DNA of 43,859 nt. Source: a bacterium (GTDB lineage: Bacteria; Pseudomonadota; Alphaproteobacteria; Rhizobiales; Xanthobacteraceae). The position numbers and the translations under genes are program-made. The notes below the pieces were generated by a model. It was not told the DNA's origin, searched no databases, and worked only from the letters and a program-made list of their open reading frames with translations. Below, one piece after another: positions 28,056-36,963 of this stretch (its first letter is position 1; the number at the start of each line of letters is the position of its first letter). Where the stretch lies: assembly GCA_029946075.1 (NCBI GenBank), contig JAQSDT010000399.1, forward strand, positions 1-43,859, in the 5' to 3' direction.

Positions 28056-28067
28056 TGCGTCGCACAA
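28056..28067 (+). promoter_or_regulatory. PhaR-like box upstream of the GNAT gene
   Basis: TGCGTCGCACAA fits TGC-N3-GCA-CAA, as I recall the bradyrhizobial PhaR motif. Confidence 0.45.
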
Positions 28068-28126
28068 TATTGGCTGTCTAGGGATTCGACGCCTCCTCGA
28101 GGGCTACTCTCAGAGGAGATCAGGAT

Positions 28127-28759
28127 ATGTACCTCACACTTATCGCGGCCGCGCTTGCCAACAGCAGCGTACGCACGCTGAGCCAGCAGGAAGAGTTGCC
28201 GCTGTTGCGCGACCACCTGCTGCGGCTCGACCGCACCAGCCGGCATGATCGCTTCCATGGATTCATGGACGACAGCTTCATCGAGCGTTACGCCGAGAAG
28301 TGCGCCAATGACGGCACGGTCGTCATTGCGTTCTTTGAAGACGGCGTGGTCCGCGGCGCAGCCGAGCTGCATCCGTCGGATCAGTCGCCGGATTCGCTGC
28401 CCGAGATCGCCTTCAGCGTCGAAGCGTCGGTACGCCGGCGCGGCGTCGGCAGCATCCTGTTTCGGAAGCTGATCACCGAGGCGCGTGCCAAGGGCTACAA
28501 GAACCTGCGGATCACCACCGGTGCGCAGAACGATGCGATGCGGGCGCTGGCCGCCAAGTTCGGCGCCAAGCTGGTATTCCGTCACGGCGAATCCACCGGT
28601 ACCATCGATCTGACCAAGCACGATCAGACCCAACTCGCCACGACCTGGGTCGACAGCGCGGTGAATGCAACGCGTGCGGTGGTGGGGTTCAATCGCGCCT
28701 ATTGGCGCATGCTGCTTCGGATCTCGGGCGGCGCGCCGCGAGAGTGGGGCGCCCAATAA
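28127..28759 (+). CDS. GNAT family N-acetyltransferase with C-terminal extension
   Basis: HLLRLD..SR..RF, EIAFSVE..RRRGVG and N.AM..LA.KFG motifs; GAGGAG RBS. Confidence 0.92.
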   Translation: MYLTLIAAALANSSVRTLSQQEELPLLRDHLLRLDRTSRHDRFHGFMDDSFIERYAEKCANDGTVVIAFFEDGVVRGAAELHPSDQSPDSLPEIAFSVEASVRRRGVGSILFRKLITEARAKGYKNLRITTGAQNDAMRALAAKFGAKLVFRHGESTGTIDLTKHDQTQLATTWVDSAVNATRAVVGFNRAYWRMLLRISGGAPREWGAQ

Positions 28760-28790
28760 AAAAATTCGCGGGAGCAATCCCGCGAATTTC
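28758..28790. terminator. Bidirectional intrinsic terminator
   Basis: AAAAAATTCGCGGGA-GCAA-TCCCGCGAATTT; perfect stem with GNRA loop between convergent genes. Confidence 0.8.
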
Positions 28791-28824
28791 CAGAGGTTCT
28801 CGTCTGCCGGACGGTCGGGTGCCT

Positions 28825-29127
28825 TCAGGTGCCGGTGCGCTTGTCGTTGCCGAACCGCCTGATGACGCGGCGCTCGACCACCACGGCGCGCTGTGCGCCC
28901 TGTTCACCCGCGATGATTCGGGTAGCTGACCGCGCGACCGCACGGCCGGTCTTCTTCACCTCAGCCAGGACTTCCTCGTAAGGAAGGCCCATCAGCGAAG
29001 CGGCGATTTCCGCCTGCTGCTGCGGATCGTCGGTGATCCCGACGGCGGCGAAGATTGCTTCTTCCAGTGTCGGCGGATCCCGCCGTACGCGCCGTGTGCC
29101 GTATTTCGTGTTCCAGTCTTCGCTCAT
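28825..29127 (-). CDS. Conserved hypothetical protein (100 aa)
   Basis: MSEDWNTKYGTRRVRRDPPTLEEAIFAA...; GAGG RBS; typical codon usage. Confidence 0.8.
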   Translation of the reverse strand: MSEDWNTKYGTRRVRRDPPTLEEAIFAAVGITDDPQQQAEIAASLMGLPYEEVLAEVKKTGRAVARSATRIIAGEQGAQRAVVVERRVIRRFGNDKRTGT

Positions 29128-29213
29128 AGGGGCCTCGCATCGGTTGCGGAGATACCTAAGTGCCCTCATGTTGCATTGCAATATGAAATTCGGATGGCAT
29201 TACAGCCATGCGT

Positions 29214-29513
29214 CTACAACTTCTCCAATCTGGTAGCGTCATACAGTTCGATCGTGGTGGCGGCCGACGCCAGGGACTGCAGCGCGCCGACGAAATCGCG
29301 TGACGCCGGAACCGCGAAATGGGCCAGCAGGGCGGCGCGATCGGCCCATTGCTCGAAAAACACCAGCCGGAGCGGGTTTTCGCAGTCGATGCTCACGGCG
29401 TGCGAGATGCAGCCGGGCTCGGTGCGCGAACGGCGGACGTGCTCGAGGCTCAACCGGCGTACCTCGTCAAAACTGTCGGCACGCGCGGTCACGCTGCCGG
29501 TCACCACGATCAT
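29214..29513 (-). CDS. ABM-family (putative quinol) monooxygenase
   Basis: SRTEPGCI and FFEQWAD.AAL.AHF motifs. Confidence 0.9.
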   Translation of the reverse strand: MIVVTGSVTARADSFDEVRRLSLEHVRRSRTEPGCISHAVSIDCENPLRLVFFEQWADRAALLAHFAVPASRDFVGALQSLASAATTIELYDATRLEKL

Positions 29514-29535
29514 CGTCGCCTCCCGCTTCTCGCCG

Positions 29536-30222
29536 TCACGGCGCTGAACTGCCGGCGGCGGTCAGATCCTGCGGCTGCTGCGGCCAACGCTTCAGCGCGG
29601 CATGTCCGGCATCGGTCAGCACGTAGATGCCGCGTTCGGCGCGGTCGAACCAGCCATAGACATTATGCAGCAGAATTTTGCCGGCGTCGGGAATATCGAC
29701 GCGTAAATCCTTCACGCGCCGCGGGCCTTCCGACATTGCCGAGGCGCAGGCCAGCGCCTGCTGGCGGTAGGCCGTCATGATCGGGGCGCGGGTGGAGCCG
29801 CCCATCGCCGGATCGCCCTTGCGCTTTTGGTGCTCGGCAACCAGCCTCGAGCGCTTTTTCGGATTGCGGCGCGGGGCTGTCGTCGCAGGCTGTACAATCA
29901 CCTCGACGCCACCCGTATTGGTGACTGCCAGCATCCCGAAGCCGAGCCGGCGGCAAAGATTGCGGTAGCGCGCATCGCTTTCGCGGCCCTTGCCACGCGC
30001 GGACAGTTTGGCGGCGAGCCAGACTTCGTCGGCTGCCGCGGCGCGATCGACCGCCTGCAGCACGAGTTCGAGGTTGAAGGTGAGTTTCAGTTCGCCGATC
30101 ACGACAATCGGCGGATCGTCGCCGCTCAGCGCCACGAGATCGCAGCCGCCGACTTCGCCCTTGACGGTAAAGCCGAGTTTTTCGAGGAACCGTTTGACGG
30201 GCAGGTAAAGCGCGGTTTCCAA
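29536..30222 (-). CDS. DUF2161 family putative PD-(D/E)XK phosphodiesterase
   Basis: ETALYLPVK, KGEV..CD, ELK, LQAVDR, LCRRLG, TAYRQQAL and NVYGWF motifs; TTG start. Confidence 0.85.
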   Translation of the reverse strand: METALYLPVKRFLEKLGFTVKGEVGGCDLVALSGDDPPIVVIGELKLTFNLELVLQAVDRAAAADEVWLAAKLSARGKGRESDARYRNLCRRLGFGMLAVTNTGGVEVIVQPATTAPRRNPKKRSRLVAEHQKRKGDPAMGGSTRAPIMTAYRQQALACASAMSEGPRRVKDLRVDIPDAGKILLHNVYGWFDRAERGIYVLTDAGHAALKRWPQQPQDLTAAGSSAP

Positions 30223-30413
30223 GATTTGCTCCGGCGGCGCGCGGGCCGCGACTCAATGTCCAAACTCTAGCCGAAATTCGGCAAAGCGTTTGATCGCGCC
30301 GCACCACCGCGGCTATTCTGGGCCCGGGACAAGGCCAAATGGCAATCGGGGGGAGCCTGCGAATCGATCGTTCGCGGGCCTGTCTTTATTTGTCGATTCG
30401 GGAGCGTGCAGGC

Positions 30414-31127
30414 GTGCTGCAAGGACTTTACAAATTCCGCTTCACGACGGAGCGCGGAACGGGTGCCGGCGTGATGTTCGCGACCGCGGGCGGCAAGCTC
30501 TATGGCGGCGACAACGGCTCTTCGTTCGTCGGCAGTTTCAGTGAGGCCGGCGGCGTCTTCGCTTGCGAGGTGAAGATGTCTCGCCACTATCACGATCCGA
30601 AATTCGTTCCGATGTTCGAGGTCGACAACGTCGTGCTGAGTTTCACCGGAATGCGCCGCGGCGAGGAAATTCAGTTCGAGGGCGGCAGCGCTGCCTTGCC
30701 GGGTGTGCAGTTCACAACCGTTCTGACCCCGATCAGCGATACCGACGCGCCGCCTGCCGGTGTTGTCGGGCCGGACGGCATCGGCAACGGACTCTATTCC
30801 ATCCATATCCACATGCTTGACGGCATCGGCGGCGGCAATACCGGCGTGATGCTGCTCCATGACGGCCGCATCCGTGGCGGCGACGCCTACTTCGATTACA
30901 TGGGGGCCTACACCGCCGCCGGCGGCCGATGGAAGGGCGAACTCGTCAACCGGGAGCATACACCGGCCAGGGGTGAGCGCCCGTTGTTCGGAGGCCACGA
31001 AGTGGGCATCGGCTTTACCGGCGTTTACGATCGCGACGGCGCGGAAGCCGAAGCCACCGCGCTCGCCGGCAAGCGCAGTATCCGCTTCAGGGCGGTGTTG
31101 CGGAAGCTGGTGGAGGTGGAGGGTTAA
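30414..31127 (+). CDS. Tandem GrlR-like beta-barrel protein (paralog 1)
   Basis: Two internal repeats GLY-x-F/I...GVM...G-x-I/L-x-GGD...G-x-Y/F; GGAG RBS and GTG start. Confidence 0.75.
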   Translation: MLQGLYKFRFTTERGTGAGVMFATAGGKLYGGDNGSSFVGSFSEAGGVFACEVKMSRHYHDPKFVPMFEVDNVVLSFTGMRRGEEIQFEGGSAALPGVQFTTVLTPISDTDAPPAGVVGPDGIGNGLYSIHIHMLDGIGGGNTGVMLLHDGRIRGGDAYFDYMGAYTAAGGRWKGELVNREHTPARGERPLFGGHEVGIGFTGVYDRDGAEAEATALAGKRSIRFRAVLRKLVEVEG

Positions 31128-31804
31128 ACCCTCCCGCTCACCGGGATCAGCGCGCCGGTAACGCCAGACGCCGCATCGCTGGCGAGGAACAGGATCACGT
31201 CGGCGAGTTCCATTGGCCGCACCCACTTTGTGAAGTCGGCCTTCGGCATGCTCTCGCGATTGGCCGCGGTGTCGATGATCGAAGGCAGCACGGCGTTGAC
31301 GGTGACCTTGCCCTTTTGCTCTGCGGCCAGCGCTTCGGTGAGGCGATGCACGCCGGCCTTGGACGCCGCGTAGGCGCCCATGCCGCTGCCGGCCTCCAAT
31401 GCACCCTTCGCGCCGATGTTGACGATACGGCCCGAGCCGGATGCAGCCAGATGCGGGATCGCCGCGCGCGAGGCGTTGAGCGCGGTGGTGACGTTGAGCG
31501 CGTACATTCGCTGCCAGGTTTTGGGATCGCCATCGGCCACCGTCTCGAAGGCAAATCCGCCGGCGATGTTGATCAGCGCGTCGAGTTTGCCGAAATGGGC
31601 GGCTGCGGCGTCGATTGCCTTCCTGGTGGCTGCCGCATCGGTCAGATCGACGCCGCCGAGTTCAAGCCGTTCCGGCGTCGCCGGGACCTGCGTCGGCGCG
31701 TGATCGATGCAGGCCACGCGGGCGCCGCGCGTCAGCGCCTCGTCCGCCACGACGCGGCCGAGCGCACCGAGGGCGCCTGTTACGACAATCACCCGTCCGT
31801 CCAT
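31124..31804 (-). CDS. Short-chain dehydrogenase/reductase
   Basis: TGALGALG, NIAGG, YAASK and NAVLPSIIDT motifs. Confidence 0.94.
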   Translation of the reverse strand: MDGRVIVVTGALGALGRVVADEALTRGARVACIDHAPTQVPATPERLELGGVDLTDAAATRKAIDAAAAHFGKLDALINIAGGFAFETVADGDPKTWQRMYALNVTTALNASRAAIPHLAASGSGRIVNIGAKGALEAGSGMGAYAASKAGVHRLTEALAAEQKGKVTVNAVLPSIIDTAANRESMPKADFTKWVRPMELADVILFLASDAASGVTGALIPVSGRV

Positions 31805-31927
31805 GTTGATCTCCGCGCCAGGCAATCCGGGAGCGCAGACTACCGCCACGTTTTTCATTTGCAATGTCGCGGATTTCTGCATCCAAATGCGAGCGATCGA
31901 TGGATATCACCCGCAGAGGATGTTCAC

Positions 31928-32623
31928 ATGCCTGACCCGGCACGGCAGTGCGAAACGCACCCTGAACTCGTCAGTCTCGAATATCCGCTGCCTCACTTCA
32001 GGGAAGCGCTCAGGCGTCAACGCAAGGTGAGGGTGGTCGCGCTTGGGTCGTCGTCCACGGCCGGTGTCGTGCCGGTCCTGCCTTACCCGTACCGCCTCGA
32101 ATTGCTGTTGCGGCGGAAATTCTTCGGCCGGATGATCGATGTGATCAATCGCGGGATCGGCGGGCAGGAATCGCCCGAAGAATTGTCACGACTCGAGACC
32201 GACGTGATCGACGAAGGACCTGCACTCGTCATCTGGCAGGTCGGCACCAACGCGGTGTACCGCGACAAGAGCTACAGTCCCGACGACGTGGAGGCGGCCA
32301 TCGCGGTCGGACTGAACTGGTTGGCGGATCTGCCGATCGATGTCGTGCTGATGGACCTGCAATACACCAAGGCGATGTCGGACAAGATCGATCAGTCGAC
32401 GAAAATGGTCGGGCGGATTGCGTCCGTCGGGGCGAAGGCAAAGGTCAATGTCTTCGGACGCTTCGCGCTGATGAAGCGCTGGGTCGACGACGGGGCATCG
32501 ATTTACGACATGGATGACGGCGCGGATGAGCACCTTCACACCGGCGAGTGGGCGACCGGTTGCCTTTCGCAGGCGCTGTTTGAGTCGATCGAACGCGCCG
32601 TCGATGCAGGACCCGTCACGTAA
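31928..32623 (+). CDS. SGNH/GDSL hydrolase
   Basis: GSSSTAG, NRGIGG, QVGTN and D..LH blocks; GAGGA RBS. Confidence 0.9.
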   Translation: MPDPARQCETHPELVSLEYPLPHFREALRRQRKVRVVALGSSSTAGVVPVLPYPYRLELLLRRKFFGRMIDVINRGIGGQESPEELSRLETDVIDEGPALVIWQVGTNAVYRDKSYSPDDVEAAIAVGLNWLADLPIDVVLMDLQYTKAMSDKIDQSTKMVGRIASVGAKAKVNVFGRFALMKRWVDDGASIYDMDDGADEHLHTGEWATGCLSQALFESIERAVDAGPVT

Positions 32624-32729
32624 GACTACGGGAGAGGGCGGAATCGATAAAATTTGCCGGAGTTCTGTAAGCCGATCACAGAACCCGTCCGCTACAAGTA
32701 AACTCCAACCTAAGACAGGGGGATTTGCG

Positions 32730-32933
32730 ATGCGGAGTTTGGCGGATCACGGTTTACCGCTTGTTCAGCTTAAGGAGCAGCGGCGGGACCTGGTCGTGGC
32801 GCTGCAAAATCGCAGCACGCCGGTATCGAGCTGGGAACTGATGCAGATCGCTGCGATCCAGCAGGCGATTTCGGCCTTCGAGGACGTCATCACCGATCTC
32901 GATGCCGAGATGGAAATGGAAGCGGCGGCCTGA
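32730..32933 (+). CDS. Small helical hypothetical protein (67 aa)
   Basis: AGGGGG RBS; MRSLADHGLPLVQLKEQRRDL...EAAA*; helical hairpin pattern. Confidence 0.75.
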   Translation: MRSLADHGLPLVQLKEQRRDLVVALQNRSTPVSSWELMQIAAIQQAISAFEDVITDLDAEMEMEAAA

Positions 32934-33001
32934 TTTTCACGAGGTGCGGCCCTGGCGGCGCCTCCTTTACGGCTTGCGTGACGGGCGGATAGGATCGGCC
33001 C

Positions 33002-33697
33002 GTGCGCAATGTTCTGACCATTCTCTTCATTCTGGTCGCATCGACCGTTTCTCAAACGGCGATTGTGTTTGCAGAGGCGTGCGTCGCCGATTCAAAAGGC
33101 GGCCTCGTTTGCGGCGCCGGCAAGACGGCTTTCCGTGTCTTCGCCGATACCATCTCACCATCGAAAGCATATGCATTCGCCTGGCGCAGCGCGGAAGGCG
33201 TGCCGTCGGGCAAGGATATTCCCGGCGATGACGTCGAGAATTTGCTGGTTCGCGTCGCCGATGGCGCGGTGATCACCAAACTCGGCGGCGCCTACTGGGC
33301 CACGGGAGAGATCCGGGCAAACCGGTACGAGCAGACCGCGGCCTGGTCGCCGGACAGTACGGCCGTCATCGAGGTCGCCAGCAGCCGCTGGGAAAGCGAT
33401 TCCTTTGCCTACTACCGGATCGATGGCGCGGGCGCCGTGAAGCTCGACCTGCGCAAGCTGGTCGAACCGGCGCTCAGGGCAAAGCTGCCGGCTCGAATGC
33501 GCGATGGCAAAGCCTTCCGTGTTCGCGAGGAATTGCCCGTCACACTCGATGAACGCGGCCGAATACGTTTCACGGCGATGCTGTATGTGCCAAAGGGCGA
33601 CACCAGTTTCGACTACGCAATGCGGCTCGATATCGCGGCGAAGGGCGGCAAGCCGACGGCGCGGATCGTGTCGATGCAGCGCGTGAAGTCGGATTAG
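33002..33697 (+). CDS. Hypothetical secreted protein
   Basis: Signal peptide, Cys pair, SPSK.YA and WSPDS beta-propeller-like motifs. Confidence 0.8.
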   Translation: MRNVLTILFILVASTVSQTAIVFAEACVADSKGGLVCGAGKTAFRVFADTISPSKAYAFAWRSAEGVPSGKDIPGDDVENLLVRVADGAVITKLGGAYWATGEIRANRYEQTAAWSPDSTAVIEVASSRWESDSFAYYRIDGAGAVKLDLRKLVEPALRAKLPARMRDGKAFRVREELPVTLDERGRIRFTAMLYVPKGDTSFDYAMRLDIAAKGGKPTARIVSMQRVKSD

Positions 33698-33703
33698 GAA
33701 TAA

Positions 33704-34450
33704 TCAGCCCTGCAGGTAGCGCGCCTTGAGGCTTTCGCGCTCGGCCGCGCCGAGGCCGAGTCCGTCGCGGAGATAGGTTTCGAGGTCGCCATAGTCGGCG
33801 TCGATCGCCTCGAAGGCCGCCCCCAGGAACGACGGCTGCACCGATCCCAGCACCTGCTTGACGTGATCGGGCAGGTCGCTGCTGGAATTGGGATCCCGGC
33901 GGTAATAGCGGTTGGTGAGGAGGTAGTCCTCCGCGATGACATCGTCGGGAACGCCGAGTGCGTGCAGGATCAGCGCGCAGGCAAAGCCGGTGCGATCCTT
34001 GCCGGCGGTGCAGTGGATGACCAGCGGTGCGCGGTCTTCCAGCAGATGCGCAAACAGCGTCCGGTAGCGGTCGGTATTTTTCTGCACGTAACTGCGATAG
34101 GAGTCGCGCATCACTTCGGCGGCGTGATCCGTGGACAGCGCTGTCCCGCTGCTGGCGATCCCGCGCAGCGCCGCCACTACCGTAGGCTCGACCGGCAGCG
34201 AATGAACGGATATGTCGGGCATGCAGCACGCGGCCTCGACGCGCTCTGCGCTTCCACGAAAATCGAACGCGCTGCGTACGCCGAGCTCCCGCATCACGGC
34301 AATGTCTTGCTCGGTCAGGTGGCCGAGATGGTTGGAACGGAAGATCTGGCGCCAGCGTACAATGCGGCCGTCGCGCGTCGCATACCCGCCAAGGTCGCGG
34401 AAATTGCTGGCGCCGGCGAGATTGAGATGTCGGGCAGGGGAATCTGACAT
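33704..34450 (-). CDS. Tyrosine-protein phosphatase (PtpB/IphP-like)
   Basis: NFRDLGGY, DFR..E, HCTAGKDRTG and DYLLTN motifs. Confidence 0.95.
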   Translation of the reverse strand: MSDSPARHLNLAGASNFRDLGGYATRDGRIVRWRQIFRSNHLGHLTEQDIAVMRELGVRSAFDFRGSAERVEAACCMPDISVHSLPVEPTVVAALRGIASSGTALSTDHAAEVMRDSYRSYVQKNTDRYRTLFAHLLEDRAPLVIHCTAGKDRTGFACALILHALGVPDDVIAEDYLLTNRYYRRDPNSSSDLPDHVKQVLGSVQPSFLGAAFEAIDADYGDLETYLRDGLGLGAAERESLKARYLQG

Positions 34451-34546
34451 TGGTTTTATTTCGCGGCAGCCGGTGGCGGACAAATGACGGGAGGGCATTT
34501 CGTGCGCCCACGTCTCGTCTATACTGAACTCTCCGGGGGGCAAATC

Positions 34547-34864
34547 ATGAATTACGGGAAGATCACGGTTTTCGGCGCTGCGCTGCTCGCGTTCGGGCTG
34601 GCGGGCATGCCTTCATCGGCACATGCACAGGCCAGGTTTCAAAACTATCGCTGCGCCGACGGTACGCAATTCATTGCCGGCTTCTTCCAGTACGACCCAC
34701 GTGCCCATCTGCAGCTCGACGGCAAGGCGGTGACGCTGTCCAAGCGGGTGTCGTTGTCGGGATCGCGCTACTCGGCCAAGGGCGTGACCCTGAGGATCAC
34801 CAAGGCTGGCCTGACCACGCTCAAGCACGCCAAACGGCCGGTCACGACGTGCGAGCTGACATGA
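34547..34864 (+). CDS. MliC/PliC-like lysozyme inhibitor
   Basis: Signal peptide, Y-R-C, SLSGSRY motif and terminal Cys. Confidence 0.8.
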   Translation: MNYGKITVFGAALLAFGLAGMPSSAHAQARFQNYRCADGTQFIAGFFQYDPRAHLQLDGKAVTLSKRVSLSGSRYSAKGVTLRITKAGLTTLKHAKRPVTTCELT

Positions 34865-34958
34865 AAAAAGGGCCGAAACGATTTCGTTCCGAGCCTTGCC
34901 TAATTCACCGTCCGGGCTTCATTGGCCGGGCGCGTAGTACTCAAACTCCGCTGCTGCA

Positions 34959-35159
34959 TCAGTGCTCAAGCTCGGTCTTGGCGTCCTGAATGGCGGCCTG
35001 GTGGTACCAGCTGTCGAAGCAGTCAGCGGCGCTTGCCGGGACCGCAAATTCGGACACGGCCTTCGCCTCGCCGTAGCGACGCCCCCCGAGAGCCGCGCGG
35101 CCCCCGACCGGGAACTGGTAGATCGTTGCCGATCCCTGATTCAAACTCGTGTTCATCAT
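34959..35159 (-). CDS. gstI: DUF2735/GstI-like glutamine synthetase translation inhibitor
   Basis: SATIYQFPVGGR and SWYHQAAI motifs; small gene divergent from glnII, as known in rhizobia. Confidence 0.75.
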   Translation of the reverse strand: MMNTSLNQGSATIYQFPVGGRAALGGRRYGEAKAVSEFAVPASAADCFDSWYHQAAIQDAKTELEH

Positions 35160-35264
35160 CGTCCTGTCTCCTGCTCGCCTAAGCGCGAGCCTCCATGGTG
35201 CGCCCGACTCGTTCTTGAGTGGTTACAAGTGTCGATATCGTTCGTGCCCTTGGGCGGCGCAAGT

Positions 35265-35302
35265 TGACCAATTCTGCGGCACCGCTGCCAATTTCATGGG
35301 CA
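35265..35302. promoter_or_regulatory. Tandem NtrC-like binding sites
   Basis: TGACCAATTCTGCGGCA (35265-35281) and TGCCAATTTCATGGGCA (35286-35302; TGC-N11-GCA), 21 bp apart. Confidence 0.6.
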
Positions 35303-35590
35303 GATTTGCCATTGCTTCCTGCGGGGCAGTGGGCGGATGGCCAACGTCTGAGCGGGCCGGGTGGTTGCGGGTGGTGGCCATCGGATCGGCCGGGGTGTTC
35401 CGGGCGGTGCCGCAGCTTTAATCGCGGGGATGCCTGAACGCTGAAATGCCGGAGAAATGGGCGGATTCCGGTCGTGGAACCGCCCGTTCGGCCGTCGTTT
35501 TCGCAGGCCTGCCGCGCTGCTTTGTCGCAGCTTTTATTTTCAGAACGGGCGTGCGCGACCTGTGGATAGACCCTGCCGCAGTGCATCGGC

Positions 35591-35606
35591 TGGCACGTTA
35601 AATGCT
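35591..35606 (+). promoter_or_regulatory. Sigma54 (-24/-12) promoter of glnII
   Basis: TGGCACGTTAAATGCT; GG-N10-GC spacing. Confidence 0.85.
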
Positions 35607-35729
35607 TAGTAACGGGTGGCCTGACGTGGCCGGGTACACGTATGCGGAGACCGCCAGGGGGCTGGGCGTCAAAATCCAGAGTTCGAGGCTTCGGTTGCCG
35701 CGTCTAACTAGCAAATCAAGAGAGGCTCA

Positions 35730-36767
35730 ATGACCAAGTATAAGCTCGAGTATATCTGGCTCGACGGGTATACGCCGACACCGAACCTGCGCGGCAAAAC
35801 GCAGATCAAGGAATTCGCTTCGTTCCCGACGCTCGAGCAGCTTCCGCTGTGGGGCTTCGACGGCTCCTCGACCATGCAGGCCGAAGGCCGCAGCTCGGAC
35901 TGCGTGCTCAAGCCGGTCGCGGTTTATCCGGACGGCGCGCGCACCAACGGCGTTCTGGTGATGTGCGAAGTCATGATGCCGGATGGCGTCACCCCGCACG
36001 CGACCAACCGGCGCGCGACCATTCTTGACGACGAAGGCGCATGGTTCGGCTTCGAGCAGGAATACTTCATGTACAAGGACGGCCGTCCGCTCGGCTTCCC
36101 GACCGCCGGCTATCCGGCGCCGCAGGGCCCGTACTACACCGGCGTCGGCTACAGCAATGTCGGCGATGTCGCCCGCAAGATCGTCGAAGAGCATCTCGAC
36201 CTCTGCCTCGCTGCCGGCATCAACCACGAAGGCATCAACGCCGAAGTGGCGAAGGGCCAGTGGGAATTCCAGATTTTCGGCAAGGGCTCCAAAAAGGCCG
36301 CCGACGAAATGTGGATGGCCCGCTACCTGCTGCAGCGGCTGACCGAAGCCTACGGCATCGACATCGAGTATCACTGCAAGCCGCTCGGCGACACCGACTG
36401 GAACGGCTCGGGCATGCACGCCAACTTCTCGACGACCTTCCTGCGCGAGACCGGCGGCAAGGCCTATTTCGAGGCCCTGATGGGCGCCTTCGAAAAGAAC
36501 CTGATGGACCACATCGCCGTCTATGGCCCGGACAACGACAAGCGTCTGACTGGCAAGCACGAGACCGCGCCGTGGAACAAGTTCAGCTACGGTGTGGCTG
36601 ACCGTGGCGCCTCGATCCGCGTGCCGCACTCGTTCATGAAGAACGACTACAAGGGCTACCTGGAAGACCGCCGCCCGAACTCGCAGGGCGACCCCTACGC
36701 CATCGCTTCGCAGATCCTGAAGACGATCGCGGAAGTGCCGACCGCCGCCAAGTCGGCCGCGGCCTGA
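35730..36767 (+). CDS. glnII: Glutamine synthetase II
   Basis: KLEYIWLDG, FDGSST, FGFEQEY, NAEV..GQWEFQ, DWNGSGMH, RLTGKHET and YLEDRRP motifs; 345 aa. Confidence 0.98.
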   Translation: MTKYKLEYIWLDGYTPTPNLRGKTQIKEFASFPTLEQLPLWGFDGSSTMQAEGRSSDCVLKPVAVYPDGARTNGVLVMCEVMMPDGVTPHATNRRATILDDEGAWFGFEQEYFMYKDGRPLGFPTAGYPAPQGPYYTGVGYSNVGDVARKIVEEHLDLCLAAGINHEGINAEVAKGQWEFQIFGKGSKKAADEMWMARYLLQRLTEAYGIDIEYHCKPLGDTDWNGSGMHANFSTTFLRETGGKAYFEALMGAFEKNLMDHIAVYGPDNDKRLTGKHETAPWNKFSYGVADRGASIRVPHSFMKNDYKGYLEDRRPNSQGDPYAIASQILKTIAEVPTAAKSAAA

Positions 36768-36834
36768 GCGACTGACGCTGCGACCCGGTTGGGGCTTCCG
36801 GGTTGCCGTCTGATCGGCCGATTGATCCGCTAAT

Positions 36835-36877
36835 TGATCCGCCAGGGCAAAATCGCCTTGGCGGATCATTTTGTTTT
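36835..36877 (+). terminator. Intrinsic terminator of glnII
   Basis: TGATCCGCCAGGGC-AAAATC-GCCTTGGCGGATCA followed by TTTTGTTTT. Confidence 0.8.
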
Positions 36878-36963
36878 GACGGGGTTTGATTCAAATGCGT
36901 CAACCAAAGGCTGTTCCCCGTTCCCCTGCGTTATGAACCGCGCTAGACAACGGCCGTGAAGGC

